A stretch of DNA of 64,000 bases from Babesia bigemina (Eukaryota): the NCBI RefSeq assembly GCF_000981445.1, contig NC_027216.1, positions 868,001 to 932,000 on the forward strand, read 5' to 3'. The notes under the pieces are model-generated. The model was not told the origin of the DNA and did not search any database. It saw only the letters and a program-made list of their open reading frames with translations. Of this stretch, positions 11,453 through 22,500 are shown piece by piece (position 1 is the first letter of the stretch; every line of letters starts with the position of its first letter). Both the position numbers and the translations under genes were made by a program.

Positions 11453-13969
11453 ATGATGCACAAACCTAGTAGAGCCAGGCGCGCAAATCGCAAGCACGGC
11501 GGCAGTGACCTTGCGTCCACTGCCGCCGATTCTTGCCACTCCGCGGACGCGGGCATTCGCGGCGATGGCGCGGCCGACTGCGCCGCTGTTCCGTACGAGA
11601 TCGTCGAGTTTAAGATACGGGCGGCGAGTAAGGTCGCTCTGCTGTATGGAAGGAGCGGCAGATGGGCTGCCTTGGCGCGAAGAGGCGAGCTCGTCGACGA
11701 CCGCACGCTGAAGAACGTCCTGCGCGTCAAACTGCCGGACTATGAGCACAGAGGGCTAGAGGCGGGCGTACTCATGCTGAGAGTTGTCAAGGAACGGATT
11801 GGAAGTGCGCTACGTCGCCCGTCTAAGGGCGATGACACCGTGAAGGACATCACCTCGGAGGCGTTCGCTGCGGTAGTGCCCAAGGAGATGATGTACGACA
11901 AGTGGCGGCCGACAGTGGCCGAAGCGGTGGCGCTTTGTGCCATCTGGGCCATCGAAGTAGGAGGATGGTCCAAACTGGCCGTTATGGCATACCGCGTGCT
12001 CACCCACATCAGCCGCGTGCACTGCATAGAATACATCAAGCGCCTCGTCGACACCTTCTTCACCTTAGCGCGGGATGCCTGCGACCTGGAACTAATGCAA
12101 CAGATCAGTCTGCTGACGGCAGTCTGCATGAAATCAGGCAGCGACAAGGATAAGGATAGGCTGCGGGTGATGTGTCTGGCCCTGGTCAAAGATGACGAAA
12201 AGAACATCTACGTCGACCAAGTGCTGGCCACATCGCTTGCCGACATATGGGATACGCATCCCTGTAATTTGGAAATGCTGCCCTCGGGATGCAAATATAG
12301 GCTCATGGGCAATCTGCTGCTGAGGAGACGGGAACAGGAGACGGTGATACCGGCGTTGCTGCAAGCTGCCGTGGGCGGTTCGTACGATGAGCGGAAGCTT
12401 GCGTTGACAGCGTTGAGAGAGGTGTGTGGGTTTATAGAGTACAGCGCTATCCGGGAAGCGGCAAGTAGGTTGCTGCATGCGCCTGACCCGGTCGACCTGG
12501 GCATACTGAGTCTTGCCGCTATCTTACCAGCAGACCATGAGGCAGCCTTATGCTACATCCGAGAGCTCTGCAAACAAATCGCCAACAAGGTGGGCCTGGC
12601 CGGTAATACTATCGAGGAGATGTGCGCCGCTGCGAAGAGTTCAGTTACGCACTTAGTCGCGGGCGGCGGTAGCATACGGAAGGCCGCACGGCAACACGTG
12701 CAGAAAACGGGGAAGCAATTTTTCACAGTTCGTGAACTCGTAAACGCCATTGGATGCACAATTACAAGGATGACGATGATTGTGGAGGATAATCCCGAGG
12801 AGGCACGCATAGCGCCGGAGTCACCAATGGGCACCACAATTGACGCCGTCGCGCTCATGGCGGCGTGCCTGGCAACCCTACGGCAGGAGCTGGTGCCGTA
12901 CGTGGGTGACCTGATGCGAAGGATACTGCTGCTTATGGGCACTCCGAAGCGGACGCTGAGGTTCTGCACGAGCACGCTGAAGCAATGTAAGAAACATGGG
13001 GAGTTCTGGGAAAACCTGGTTCTAATGACCTGCGAACTGGTCATCATGATGATAATGCCGGTAATGAAGGACTTTCATACGAGCACGGTGGAGGAGAGGT
13101 GTGTCATGGCGCCCTTCTTGAAGGAGATCGCGGACACCATGCACGCTGCTGTGCGCACCGCCGGCCCGGCGCTGGTAAGGTACTGCTGCATCACGAAGAT
13201 CAGTGAATCTCTCTCGCGGATGGCAGGGTATATGCGGATGCTGCCGCAGCAGAAGTATACCGCCAAGGTGGCAAGGCGTGTTTGCAACACGTTACAGGCT
13301 GTGCTTCAGCACCTTCTGCAGCCGGTTCGCCTCAAGGACGGAGGTCAGAACCGCCCGCCTCGGGTTGAAGAAGAAGACCTCTTGTACTATCGTGGAGATG
13401 CGCTGTTGTACATCTCAATTGGGTTCAACGCGATCTGCGCAGTCACGGTGCCAAGGCTGGAAATGATATGGATGCTGCTGAAATTGATAGCGGACCCGTA
13501 TGTCGCACAAAACGTCTTCATGGGCTTCGAGTCATTGGTGCTCACGCAGCCGATCGGGATTGAGACCAAGGCGACGATGTTTACGCATTGCTTCAAGATG
13601 GAGATACACACTAGCTGGGACATCACGACGCTGGATGCACTCCACTCCTTTTTGAGAGCCTTTTTCGTGGCAACTGTCCGCAACAATAGGCGGAAAAATG
13701 TTTTACAGGATAAGCTAAAGGTGACGTGCGCGGACGGGGCCGATTGGAAGGCTAGGAGAAAGCTTGGCGGCCCGTGGAGGCACGGCGCGGTCGAACTCGC
13801 GCGGCGCAATCACAGGGCAGCCTTCCTGGAGCATTTCATGAAGCTGCTGGAAAAGGAAGCTAAAGACACCCCGGTTGCCGTCTGGGAGCCCATCCGGCTG
13901 CTGGACGAGGACCTGTCAGTGCCCGCCGCCATCCGCGAGAAGAAGGTGCACGATTGCCCGGGGGAATGA
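11453..13969 (+). CDS. Hypothetical alpha-helical (HEAT/ARM-like) protein, 838 aa
   Basis: Long uninterrupted ORF with coding-like composition and amphipathic helices. No recognised motif; start uncertain. Confidence 0.65.
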   Translation: MMHKPSRARRANRKHGGSDLASTAADSCHSADAGIRGDGAADCAAVPYEIVEFKIRAASKVALLYGRSGRWAALARRGELVDDRTLKNVLRVKLPDYEHRGLEAGVLMLRVVKERIGSALRRPSKGDDTVKDITSEAFAAVVPKEMMYDKWRPTVAEAVALCAIWAIEVGGWSKLAVMAYRVLTHISRVHCIEYIKRLVDTFFTLARDACDLELMQQISLLTAVCMKSGSDKDKDRLRVMCLALVKDDEKNIYVDQVLATSLADIWDTHPCNLEMLPSGCKYRLMGNLLLRRREQETVIPALLQAAVGGSYDERKLALTALREVCGFIEYSAIREAASRLLHAPDPVDLGILSLAAILPADHEAALCYIRELCKQIANKVGLAGNTIEEMCAAAKSSVTHLVAGGGSIRKAARQHVQKTGKQFFTVRELVNAIGCTITRMTMIVEDNPEEARIAPESPMGTTIDAVALMAACLATLRQELVPYVGDLMRRILLLMGTPKRTLRFCTSTLKQCKKHGEFWENLVLMTCELVIMMIMPVMKDFHTSTVEERCVMAPFLKEIADTMHAAVRTAGPALVRYCCITKISESLSRMAGYMRMLPQQKYTAKVARRVCNTLQAVLQHLLQPVRLKDGGQNRPPRVEEEDLLYYRGDALLYISIGFNAICAVTVPRLEMIWMLLKLIADPYVAQNVFMGFESLVLTQPIGIETKATMFTHCFKMEIHTSWDITTLDALHSFLRAFFVATVRNNRRKNVLQDKLKVTCADGADWKARRKLGGPWRHGAVELARRNHRAAFLEHFMKLLEKEAKDTPVAVWEPIRLLDEDLSVPAAIREKKVHDCPGE

Positions 13970-15281
13970 TCGTCACACGACCCGTCTCTCGCGAAAGCCT
14001 TGCTGCCGTGCCTTGGGTTGGAGTGTCGAGGATCACGACGCTCATCGAGGAGGTGCACCGGAGAGGCCCCAACGACGCGAAAACGTGGTCGCAGCTGCTC
14101 AAGCGGTTCAATGCCATTCTTAGCTCCTTCGGGCACAAGCACCTTGCCAGGGTGCTTGTCACCCTGGCGAAGGTGGGGAACTGCCCAGACGACCTGCTGC
14201 GTAAAATCCGCAACCAGGCTTTGTCTCAGCTGCATCAATGTGACCTGCTGTCATGTTGCGGCATCCTCTACGGCCTGAAGCGGCTCGGGGCGTGCGATAC
14301 TGAGCTGCTGCAGAGGTTCCAGAAGCAAGTCGTGGACAGCGTGTCCACGGCCCAGGGTCCGTACCCGGTGGTCATGCTGATCCACACCTACGCCGGCAGT
14401 GGTGACAAGGATACAACCCTGGTTCTGCTCAGGGAGGCTGTTAAACGCGCTGACCAGCTCAGCCCGCAGGCGTTGGCCATGGTGGTGGTGGCAGCGAGTG
14501 CGAATTACGGGCAGTGCAAGGAGGTGGAAGCGGCGATGCTGCAGCTGCTGCTTGCTGCCGCCGGACGGATGGGCGAAATGGACCTCAGGTCACTCACGCA
14601 ACTCTACTCCAGCATCGCGAAAAGCGGGTATGCAATCCGGGAACACGTTTTGGACGCCATTGCTGACGAGATCGTGCCACGCGTCGAGCGTCTCACGCCT
14701 CAACAATCGGTGCTGGTTTTGAGCGGCGCAGCTAAAGCCAAGCACGTCCATCCCCGACTAGCGGCTGCGGTAGTAACCGCGCTGGAAAGGAAAACTGTGG
14801 ATTCGGATCCACAGCTGATGCTTTTCCTGCTTTCGGCCATCGTCAAATTGAACTTCCAGCACTCATCGCTGGCAACTCAGCTGCAGAGAGCGCTCGGCAT
14901 GGCCGAGCTCAAGCCGACGCAATTCGCAAACGTAGGTCCTGCTGTACCGATGCAACTATAACGTTTATTCAGTTGGTATATCTCGTCGGGAAGTGGCGCC
15001 TGCCGGAGCCCAGCACTAGGTGCCTGTCAAGTCAGCTCGACAGGCTCATTCAGTGCTCGCGAGATACGATCTCGCTTCGCGACGCGGCCCTCATCGCATA
15101 CGGATTTGCAGAGTCCGGTGGGCAGGATGACCTCGTGAAGGCAGTGCTCCTGGCCGAAGAGATAGCGCGGCGGTCTCAGGACCAACACGACCAGCGCACG
15201 TTGGCGATGATCAATCACGCCGCCAACAAACTGCATTTTCAATTCCCTGACCTTTCCACGAATTCGCGCTCGCCCGAGTAG
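13966..15281 (+). CDS. Heptatricopeptide-repeat (HPR)-like protein, 2 exons
   Basis: Intron 14932-14972 joins the ORFs in frame. Helical units recur at 37-38 aa spacing (MDLRSLTQL.. / LTPQQSVLVL.. / SDPQLMLFLL..). Confidence 0.7.
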
Positions 15282-15312
15282 TCCGAGAGCTGAGACTGTG
15301 TTAAGGGGTTGA

Positions 15313-15927
15313 TCAAGCAACTACCGCAGAGGCCAGAGCTATATGCTTGTAACCTGCCAGGAACGGCTCCAGCGGACTTATGTCGCGGTCTTGGTCCCAG
15401 ACCCTGCACAAGTTTAGCCAAGATGCTGGGTCACTCACGTCAGTGCTTTGACTTCGGCTGTTTCGCGGAGGGTTTGTGAACGGATGGCTGGGTTACTGGC
15501 GATAGGGCTCTTGCGAGAGGAGGAAGAGCTTGGAGGCGACACCTCGACCATCGAGAGCCGGCATCCCAAGGCGCTCAGGTCAAGCTGGCTGCCGCGCAGA
15601 CAGCGGCCGCGCAAAAACGCGCACAGACGCTCGCGACCCAGCAACGGGTCGGTCCCGTGTTGCGAGGCGTAGACGTCCTGCTCCATGTGCTCGGTGACCT
15701 CAACCTGGAACGGCACTGTCTCCGCCACCTGGCCGCAGACATCAAGCAGCGTGAAACCGCCTGTAGAATCTCGATTCCGTAGCTGTGCACTTACATAACC
15801 CGTCGGCGGCGTCCGACGACGCAGCGTTGAGGCTGAACACGCCGTCGGAGAATCCGCGAGCCACGTCGGCGGGGCCCTGCTCCTTTATTAGACATGGCAG
15901 CACGTGCACATTGGAAATGGATTCCAT
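15313..15927 (-). CDS. RNASEH2C: Ribonuclease H2 subunit C, at least 3 exons
   Basis: The spliced product has VHVLPCLIKEQGPADV, LCAFLRGRCLRG and LTVWDQD, matching the RNase H2C motifs VHLLPC..GPA, FRGR.L.G and T.W.HD. Introns at 15794-15761 and about 15438-15404. Confidence 0.8.
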
Positions 15928-16008
15928 TGTGTCGCGGCTGCGGAGGTGCAAAAACGATTTGTGACGACGTGGCTCAGCGCCACCTACACACCCAGTAGAC
16001 AACCGCAA

Positions 16009-17208
16009 ATGAGCTACTTGCAAAACGAAATCAGGGTGGTGTTCACAGGGCCGTCGAACAGGTTCTTTGTGGCCTACAAGCCATACGGATGGTTCCTGAC
16101 CACGCCGTTTGACCCCCGTTTGGGGGAAGCCGTGATGGCTCCGGTGCTAGCCGCCAAGCTGGGAGTACCCGCGAAGAACATATCCTTCCCCGGCAAGCTC
16201 GCAGCGCGCGAGAGCGGCCTGATAATCGGCTGCACTGACAGCGCCATGCACAATAAGATCGCGGCAACGTTGAAAAGCGGGCAGTGCTCCATGTCCTACC
16301 AGTGCATAGTCCATGCAAACCGGGCGGCGAACGGGGCCCTCGTCCGGCGTTCACCGTTTAGCCATGCCTTTGCGTGCTACAACCACCGTGAAGGCGTGTC
16401 ATCGGGCGTGGCCCGCTTCGACGTCAGGACGCAGGCAAAGGTGGAACCGCTGAAACGCCTCTCCGCCCTCCCCGACGAACGCTTACGGAGCGTCCTATCG
16501 CAATTCCTCGCACGATCGCGCGTTGTATCAGCCCACGACGTCTCTGTGAAGCGCAGTGGCGTAACGGAATGCGCGGAGCGTATATCTGATGAAGGGGAAC
16601 CTGGACTCGACGATACGGGTAGTTGCAAACACCATTGCGCTCCGTCGGATGACGTCGACTCCAGCAGCACTAATGCTTCAACCCATCAAGACAGTGGCGC
16701 CTGTTCCGCAAACACGGCTGATGAACGCGTTGCGGTAACTGATGACAAGAGTCCTACAACCGACTCTAGGCAAAACGGAGGGTACAGTTTCGCCTACATC
16801 ATGGAGAACCTGCGGGACTACCTCGAGCGGACTGCTGAGTACGGCACAGCGGTGCAGAGTGGACGCGTTGCAGATGGCAAACAGGCATTTCGTGACAACA
16901 AAGCGCGACGGAGCGCCCTATCGCAATTCAGGCACGTGGAAATAGTCACCAGCAGCCACCTGGTCAACCGGCACATGGTGGAGGTGCTATCCTCGATGGG
17001 ACTGGTGGTGCTGACAGGTTCGCCTCATCAAAATACAACTAAAATTAGGGCGACGGTTGAATCAGCATGCCTTGAGTTGTGCGCACTGCAGTTCCCTCAC
17101 CCCATATACAGGGACAGGGTCGTCGAGGCACGGCTGCACGAAGCAGACCCCGTGGTACCCGAGGAATGGGTCAGAATCGCGCTCACTTCTTCTTCTGGCG
17201 CTCCATGA
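16009..17208 (+). CDS. RluA-family pseudouridine-synthase-like protein lacking the catalytic Asp
   Basis: Motif I FFVAYKPYGW; motif II position reads GKLAARESGLII (consensus HRLDxxTSG); C-terminal LCALQFPHP. First in-frame ATG at 16009. Confidence 0.65.
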   Translation: MSYLQNEIRVVFTGPSNRFFVAYKPYGWFLTTPFDPRLGEAVMAPVLAAKLGVPAKNISFPGKLAARESGLIIGCTDSAMHNKIAATLKSGQCSMSYQCIVHANRAANGALVRRSPFSHAFACYNHREGVSSGVARFDVRTQAKVEPLKRLSALPDERLRSVLSQFLARSRVVSAHDVSVKRSGVTECAERISDEGEPGLDDTGSCKHHCAPSDDVDSSSTNASTHQDSGACSANTADERVAVTDDKSPTTDSRQNGGYSFAYIMENLRDYLERTAEYGTAVQSGRVADGKQAFRDNKARRSALSQFRHVEIVTSSHLVNRHMVEVLSSMGLVVLTGSPHQNTTKIRATVESACLELCALQFPHPIYRDRVVEARLHEADPVVPEEWVRIALTSSSGAP

Positions 17209-17825
17209 ACTCGCGCATCTTCCTCTGGGTCTCCATTTCACGCAGGATCGACGGCTGCACGTCGACCATCGCATGGGTGAGGGCCAACTCGTGCTGGCGC
17301 CACTCCAGCGGTATCTGCAACGTTTGCAAAACAGCGCAAAGCACTAACCTCGGGAGCGCGGTACTTCGACATCGACTCGGGCTGCTCGTAGGAGCCCTCC
17401 GGCGCACTCAGCACCTCGGACGCTATAGACTCGTTCAGCTGCTTCTCCTCGATCAGGCGCTCCAGGAATCCGGGCTTGTCCAGGTACTCCAGGTTGTAGT
17501 GCGAAATCGGAAGGTCGTGGTCGACCGCAACTTGCGCTTTCTGCGCCACTGTCACACAGCCTAAATATGGCACCTACCTCCGCCAGCGACGAGTCGAACT
17601 CGTACATCCTGTTGACGTCGTCCTGCGTGAAGTGGGCGCGATGCTCGACCAGGGACTTCATTTCCAACAGCTGCGCGACGGCCATGACGCCTGATAGCGG
17701 TCAGAGAACGGCGGGGAACGCATACCTGGGTGCGATACGAAAGGCAGACGCTCGGCGTGCGTGCCGAACATCACCAGAGCGTCGGGGACCCTGGTGGCCC
17801 TACGCAAGAGACTGAATCGCAGCAT
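17183..17825 (-). CDS. Small probable mitochondrial protein, about 4 exons
   Basis: Short GT-AG introns link MLRFSLLRRATRVPD...HPG/VMAVAQLLEMK.../KAQVAVDHDL.../IPLEWRQHEL... in frame. The Arg-rich, acid-free N-terminus resembles a mitochondrial presequence. Confidence 0.65.
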
Positions 17826-17957
17826 TTTTGCGCGGTAACATAAGCGGTGTGATGGCGCGCCTCGCAGCCGCCGGCCGCGACTCCGGAGCCGACACGGATG
17901 GGGGCGCGACGCGACTAGGTGAGCGACACATTATAGGAACACTACTCGTTTAGACAA

Positions 17958-18963
17958 CTAGGTTTCACTTTCGTCCTCCATGTTGTTCACATCGTGCGAT
18001 TTGCCATTGGCCAGCGGCAGACGGCCGAACTCGCCCTGAGCAGGCATGTGCGCCGCAGTCAGAAAACTTACGTTCTCGAGCTTTATCTGGATCAATGAGT
18101 TGATGTTGTGCACCTTGAAGCCGAATATGCGCGGAGTGTAAGGCATTGGTGGATCCTCCGGTATGAGACTCGGGAACGTGAGCAAGAATATATGCGGGAA
18201 GGACCGCCCGATGAAGGCGCCATCGATGTCGGCGTGTGCCTCGCCGTATTTGAAAATGTACGCCTCCTGGCAACGGGGGCAGTACTTCTTGATGCGGTGG
18301 TTGTGCAGCGTGTCGCTGAAGCCGACGGGCAGCACGTTCTGCCGCTGGCACCTTACACGTGGGCAGTGCCCAAACACGCCCTGCTGGTACTTCTCCTTCT
18401 GAGCCGTTGTGAGCGCGCGTGACGACGGTATGATAAAAGCGGCACCGCGTTCGACGTTACCAGCCACGTAAAGCAAGCTTTCGTGTATGCCGATGGCTAC
18501 ATGTAGCAACACCAACGCATACCACGGACAGGCAGTCGGATAACGGCAGCGCTGCCACGCACGCATACAGATCACGTACACAGTACCCGCCCGCGGCGGC
18601 CACTCACCATCATCTGAAGGCCCATGGGCGACGTGATGAAGCGCGCATGGATCATCCCGTAGAGATCCGTCGCGCTCCTGTACAGGTCCAAAAAGGACGT
18701 GTCCATGAAGACCTCCTCAGAGGGAGCGAATCCCAGGATCATGTCCATCGCACTGTCGTAGTTCTTCATGGACTTCAAACCGCACAGGTTGAACTGGTCG
18801 CGAATGTACGCCTCATCCACCTGATGACAGTCAGCCGACAACGCCGGAAACGTACCTCGAGTAAAAATTCGTGACCCTCCAGGGAGGCGAACCACTGAAT
18901 CCACCTCATTGCGTCACCGTCTTCGACAGATAGGTCCTGCCAGTCGTCGATATCCTCCTCCAT
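17958..18963 (-). CDS. CK2B: Casein kinase II regulatory beta subunit, 4 exons
   Basis: WIQWFASLEGHEFLLEVDEAYIRDQFNLCGL, LYGMIHARFI, zinc finger CPRVRC...CPRC, IDGAFIG, PRIFGFK. Introns 18855-18821, 18607-18399 and 18071-18036. Confidence 0.97.
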
Positions 18964-19524
18964 GTCGCGGGTAGCGAAACCCGGAGAACGAAGTGGCGCC
19001 GTTAGAGCGCGCACCTGCCAAGCGATACCCGGAAAATACCGAGGATGCCACCAACCCTTGTGTGTCCAGGTAGGATTTCACGGGGTTCAGGCGGCTAACG
19101 TCCCCTGCAAGGAGTGGGGGACGCGGAAGACATGTTGGCGCCGCAAAAGCCGTTCCAGAGCGTTTAGCAGAAGTTAAAGCGGTCGATAATTTGTAAAATG
19201 GTTGGTTGTATCGATATTGTAGCTGTGGCAGTGTCATGCCTGCGTGTTCTAGGATACTGTAAGACAGAATCCTAGCTGCCGAATGGCAACTGAGAGCCCA
19301 GGCAGGCGACGTACAGGCGTCACAGCGAATAATTGCACGCCCATTTGTCGCTGTGATCGCCCAGTGAGATCGCTGTTGCTGAAAATCGTTTATAGACACA
19401 CTCGCTATCGCTTCCGTACACATACGTCTGGAAATCACAAATACACCACCAGAATGATAACACATAAAGTTTTTACAAACTCGAAAATGGCACTTATAGT
19501 CGCATCACGTCTGTAGCGATTACC

Positions 19525-22500
19525 ATGGCGGCGGGAAATCGCCTCTCAGGTTTGACTGCCTTCAGCCGGGCCGTCCACTTGGGACTTGCAAGGGTAAACG
19601 CTCAGGCTGCTCTTACCTCGGTTGGAGCTGCACATAGCACGGCGAAGGCAGCATACGGGTACCTTTCGCAGTCAAGAACGACTCCCGTGTATAAGGCGGC
19701 CGCGAACAACGCTAACAAAGGGAAAGCCGGCCACGAGATACCGCTTGGTGAAGCGGCCTCGGAAAAATCCACCAGGACCGTTCCACCACCAGCATCTCAA
19801 CGAGATGGCAGGGTGAACGCTTACACGAAGAATGACGCAACTCATAAGAAGGGAGGTGATTCAGGACCTCGGCGGGATGAACGTAGACAGGATCCCAAAC
19901 GAGTATCGCTTCAACAGGACAGCCGATTTTTGAATCCACAAAATGACGAGCCTGAGAATTACTATGATATCAAGGATCCGCGCAATGCGGTGCCGTCGCC
20001 CGGATTTGACGAGAATGATCGCAGGGCCAAAATCACAAGCAGAGAGGATGCGACGGATGAAATCGAATTGGAGTTCGATGGCGAGCCGTTGCCACATCGC
20101 AATGCAAGTGATCGCTTAGGTACGTTCGGATCAAGGACTGTGACGCTTAAGAAGCCTTGCGTGGTCACAAAGCGGTTGATAACAGTGGAGGCACCAATCC
20201 ACAGCCTCACCGGAAGGGACGTTCTGGAAGCGGTGTTACACGGGCTCCACCATTACGCACCGTTCACGACAGTGGAGCAGTTGTATAAACATGTACAAAC
20301 GGATAGTGTAACCGTGGGCACAGGAAAAGGGTGCGAGTCAGAATTGCTAGCGTCCTTGGAGGACCATGTATGCCTGCTGGCACGGAACCGTGGACTGCGC
20401 GTGCGCGAGGCGGTGATGTTGGCCATGATTTACGACCACCAAGGGTCACTTCGTCCGGAGATAAGGGACGCGCTCGCCGTGGCGTTGCAGATGCAGCTGT
20501 GGGCGTTCAGGCCCTACGATGTGGCCGCAACCGTGTCAGTCTATGGAAAGTACGGGAGCCGATACCGGCCATTGCTCAACACGCTGGGGCTCGTCTTCTA
20601 CGACATGATGATAGCGGGCAAAACCGCAGTTGCGCCGCAGGGGCCATCTGTGGACGAGATGCTCGCCGTGATAGAGTCATACTCGAGAGTGGATATGCCC
20701 ATAAAAAGGGTTACGGATGCCGCGTTCGGGACCCTGTACCAGCATGTTAGTCAAATGAGCAGGGGGCAGATGTTAACGGTGCTAGACGCGTTCTTCAAGC
20801 TATCTCAAGATGGCAACTTCGTTGAACTCTACACGAAAATCATAGGGAAACTGTTCGGGCAGCCAGTCCTATTCGTCGACGGTTTCCAGAAATACGCCGA
20901 GCGCTACTTGAACGCCAACTTTCAGTCTCCAATGGAGAACACGGATATTGCAACCATTGGCGAGCAGAGCCCCGCGTACGCGCCGAACGAAGTGATGCGA
21001 CTCATGGTCGCCATGGCTAAATGCAAAAGCGAACAGCTCATCCACGCAGTGCACAATCGCATAGAATTCAAGAGGCTCTGGAGCCAAAACATTAGGGATA
21101 AGATAATGCCATGGAAGGCATCGGTGGTCGAACCAGGTGCGATAATTGCTCCGGGTCTCGTAGCACCGCCAATAGACCATGTAACGATGGTTGAAGCAGC
21201 CGGACGTGACAAGGTAAGCTCCGGAGTAGATGTATGTCGCGCGCAAATAAGTGGCAATGACCACGCTACGGCAAACAAAAGTGTGGATGTTACAGGTGAC
21301 AACGCCGCAAACCATGGCGCCGACGTCCAACAGGTTACCCGAGAAGCAGATAATCAAGTTAATACAAGCCCAGAACCCGACGCAGAAATACCACTAGATG
21401 TTAGTAGTGGCAGTGTAATGGTGTCATACGCCGATCAAATCCCATTAATTTACGAGGGGATGCTGCGGATGTTATCGGACACTCTAGGTTTCACGCAGCA
21501 TCCGAAGCACTTCTCGCAGCTCATATACGATGCGAACCGATCCGTGGTATCAAAGACTGCTGATGTATGTAAAGAACTCGGTGTTGATTCGACTTTTGAA
21601 CGTCTGTCGCGCCACTGCAGGGCGCATTATCCCTTCGTCGCCTCCCTTTATGCAATCTGGAGGCGTTACGGAACGCCTGGCGACAGTGCCCTGCAACATA
21701 CCGCGGATATGCCTTTATTTAAGGTTGATGGAGCGTCAGTGCAAGCATGCCCGAACACCCCTGAAGATGTCATTATTATACACGCCAACCAGCTAATCAA
21801 AAGTGCTACAGATGGATCCGAAGAAAATAAGCAATCGGGCAATGCTGGCTTAGCCGCTAACACAGTCTACCCATATTTATGCTCATATGAAAGACGTCTT
21901 AATGAGGCTATGCACGCCCTATCAGTCGGGGGTGGTGCTAACGTGGACAAGTTTTGCACCGGTCCCCAGGTTTCAGCTAACGACCTAGCTCTGACAATCC
22001 GGGCTCTACAAGATTATGCGAGATATGCCGACCACCTACATACTGAAACTGTCAATCACCTTGCTGCATTGTATTTCAGGATGCTATTCGTATCGCCTAG
22101 TGCGCCTGTGGCGTCCGCTGAAGTCACCAGTACAGGCTCATCAGAATTTTTGAATTGCATAATGGATGCCACGCCGACGAGTCTGATGGTGGAACATGGG
22201 CATATACCGTTCACCCAGAATAAAAACGCAGTTGGGAATCCGGAATTCTACCAGGTCAGGCATGCTGAGTATATGTACTACAAGCCCACGCCGCTATTTA
22301 CGGACTTGTTTCGCGGGAACGCGGAACTGTACGGCCTTATGATGTATACAGTTGCTCACAAGTTACAATATTCTGGGACACGTGGAGGTCCGGAATGTGA
22401 TTTGGCATCAACGGTCCAGGTTGTATGTACCATGCAGCATGTGCTGCATCCGTTCTACGTTATCGCCAGAGGCAGCACTAACGACATTCTAAAATGGCAT

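Noticed and set aside
5862..15281. Four tandem + strand genes as a bacterial operon or horizontal transfer
   Set aside because: Spliceosomal introns and eukaryotic domains (TLDc, HPR-like); no bacterial signals. Only the ATGA overlap is kept as a finding.
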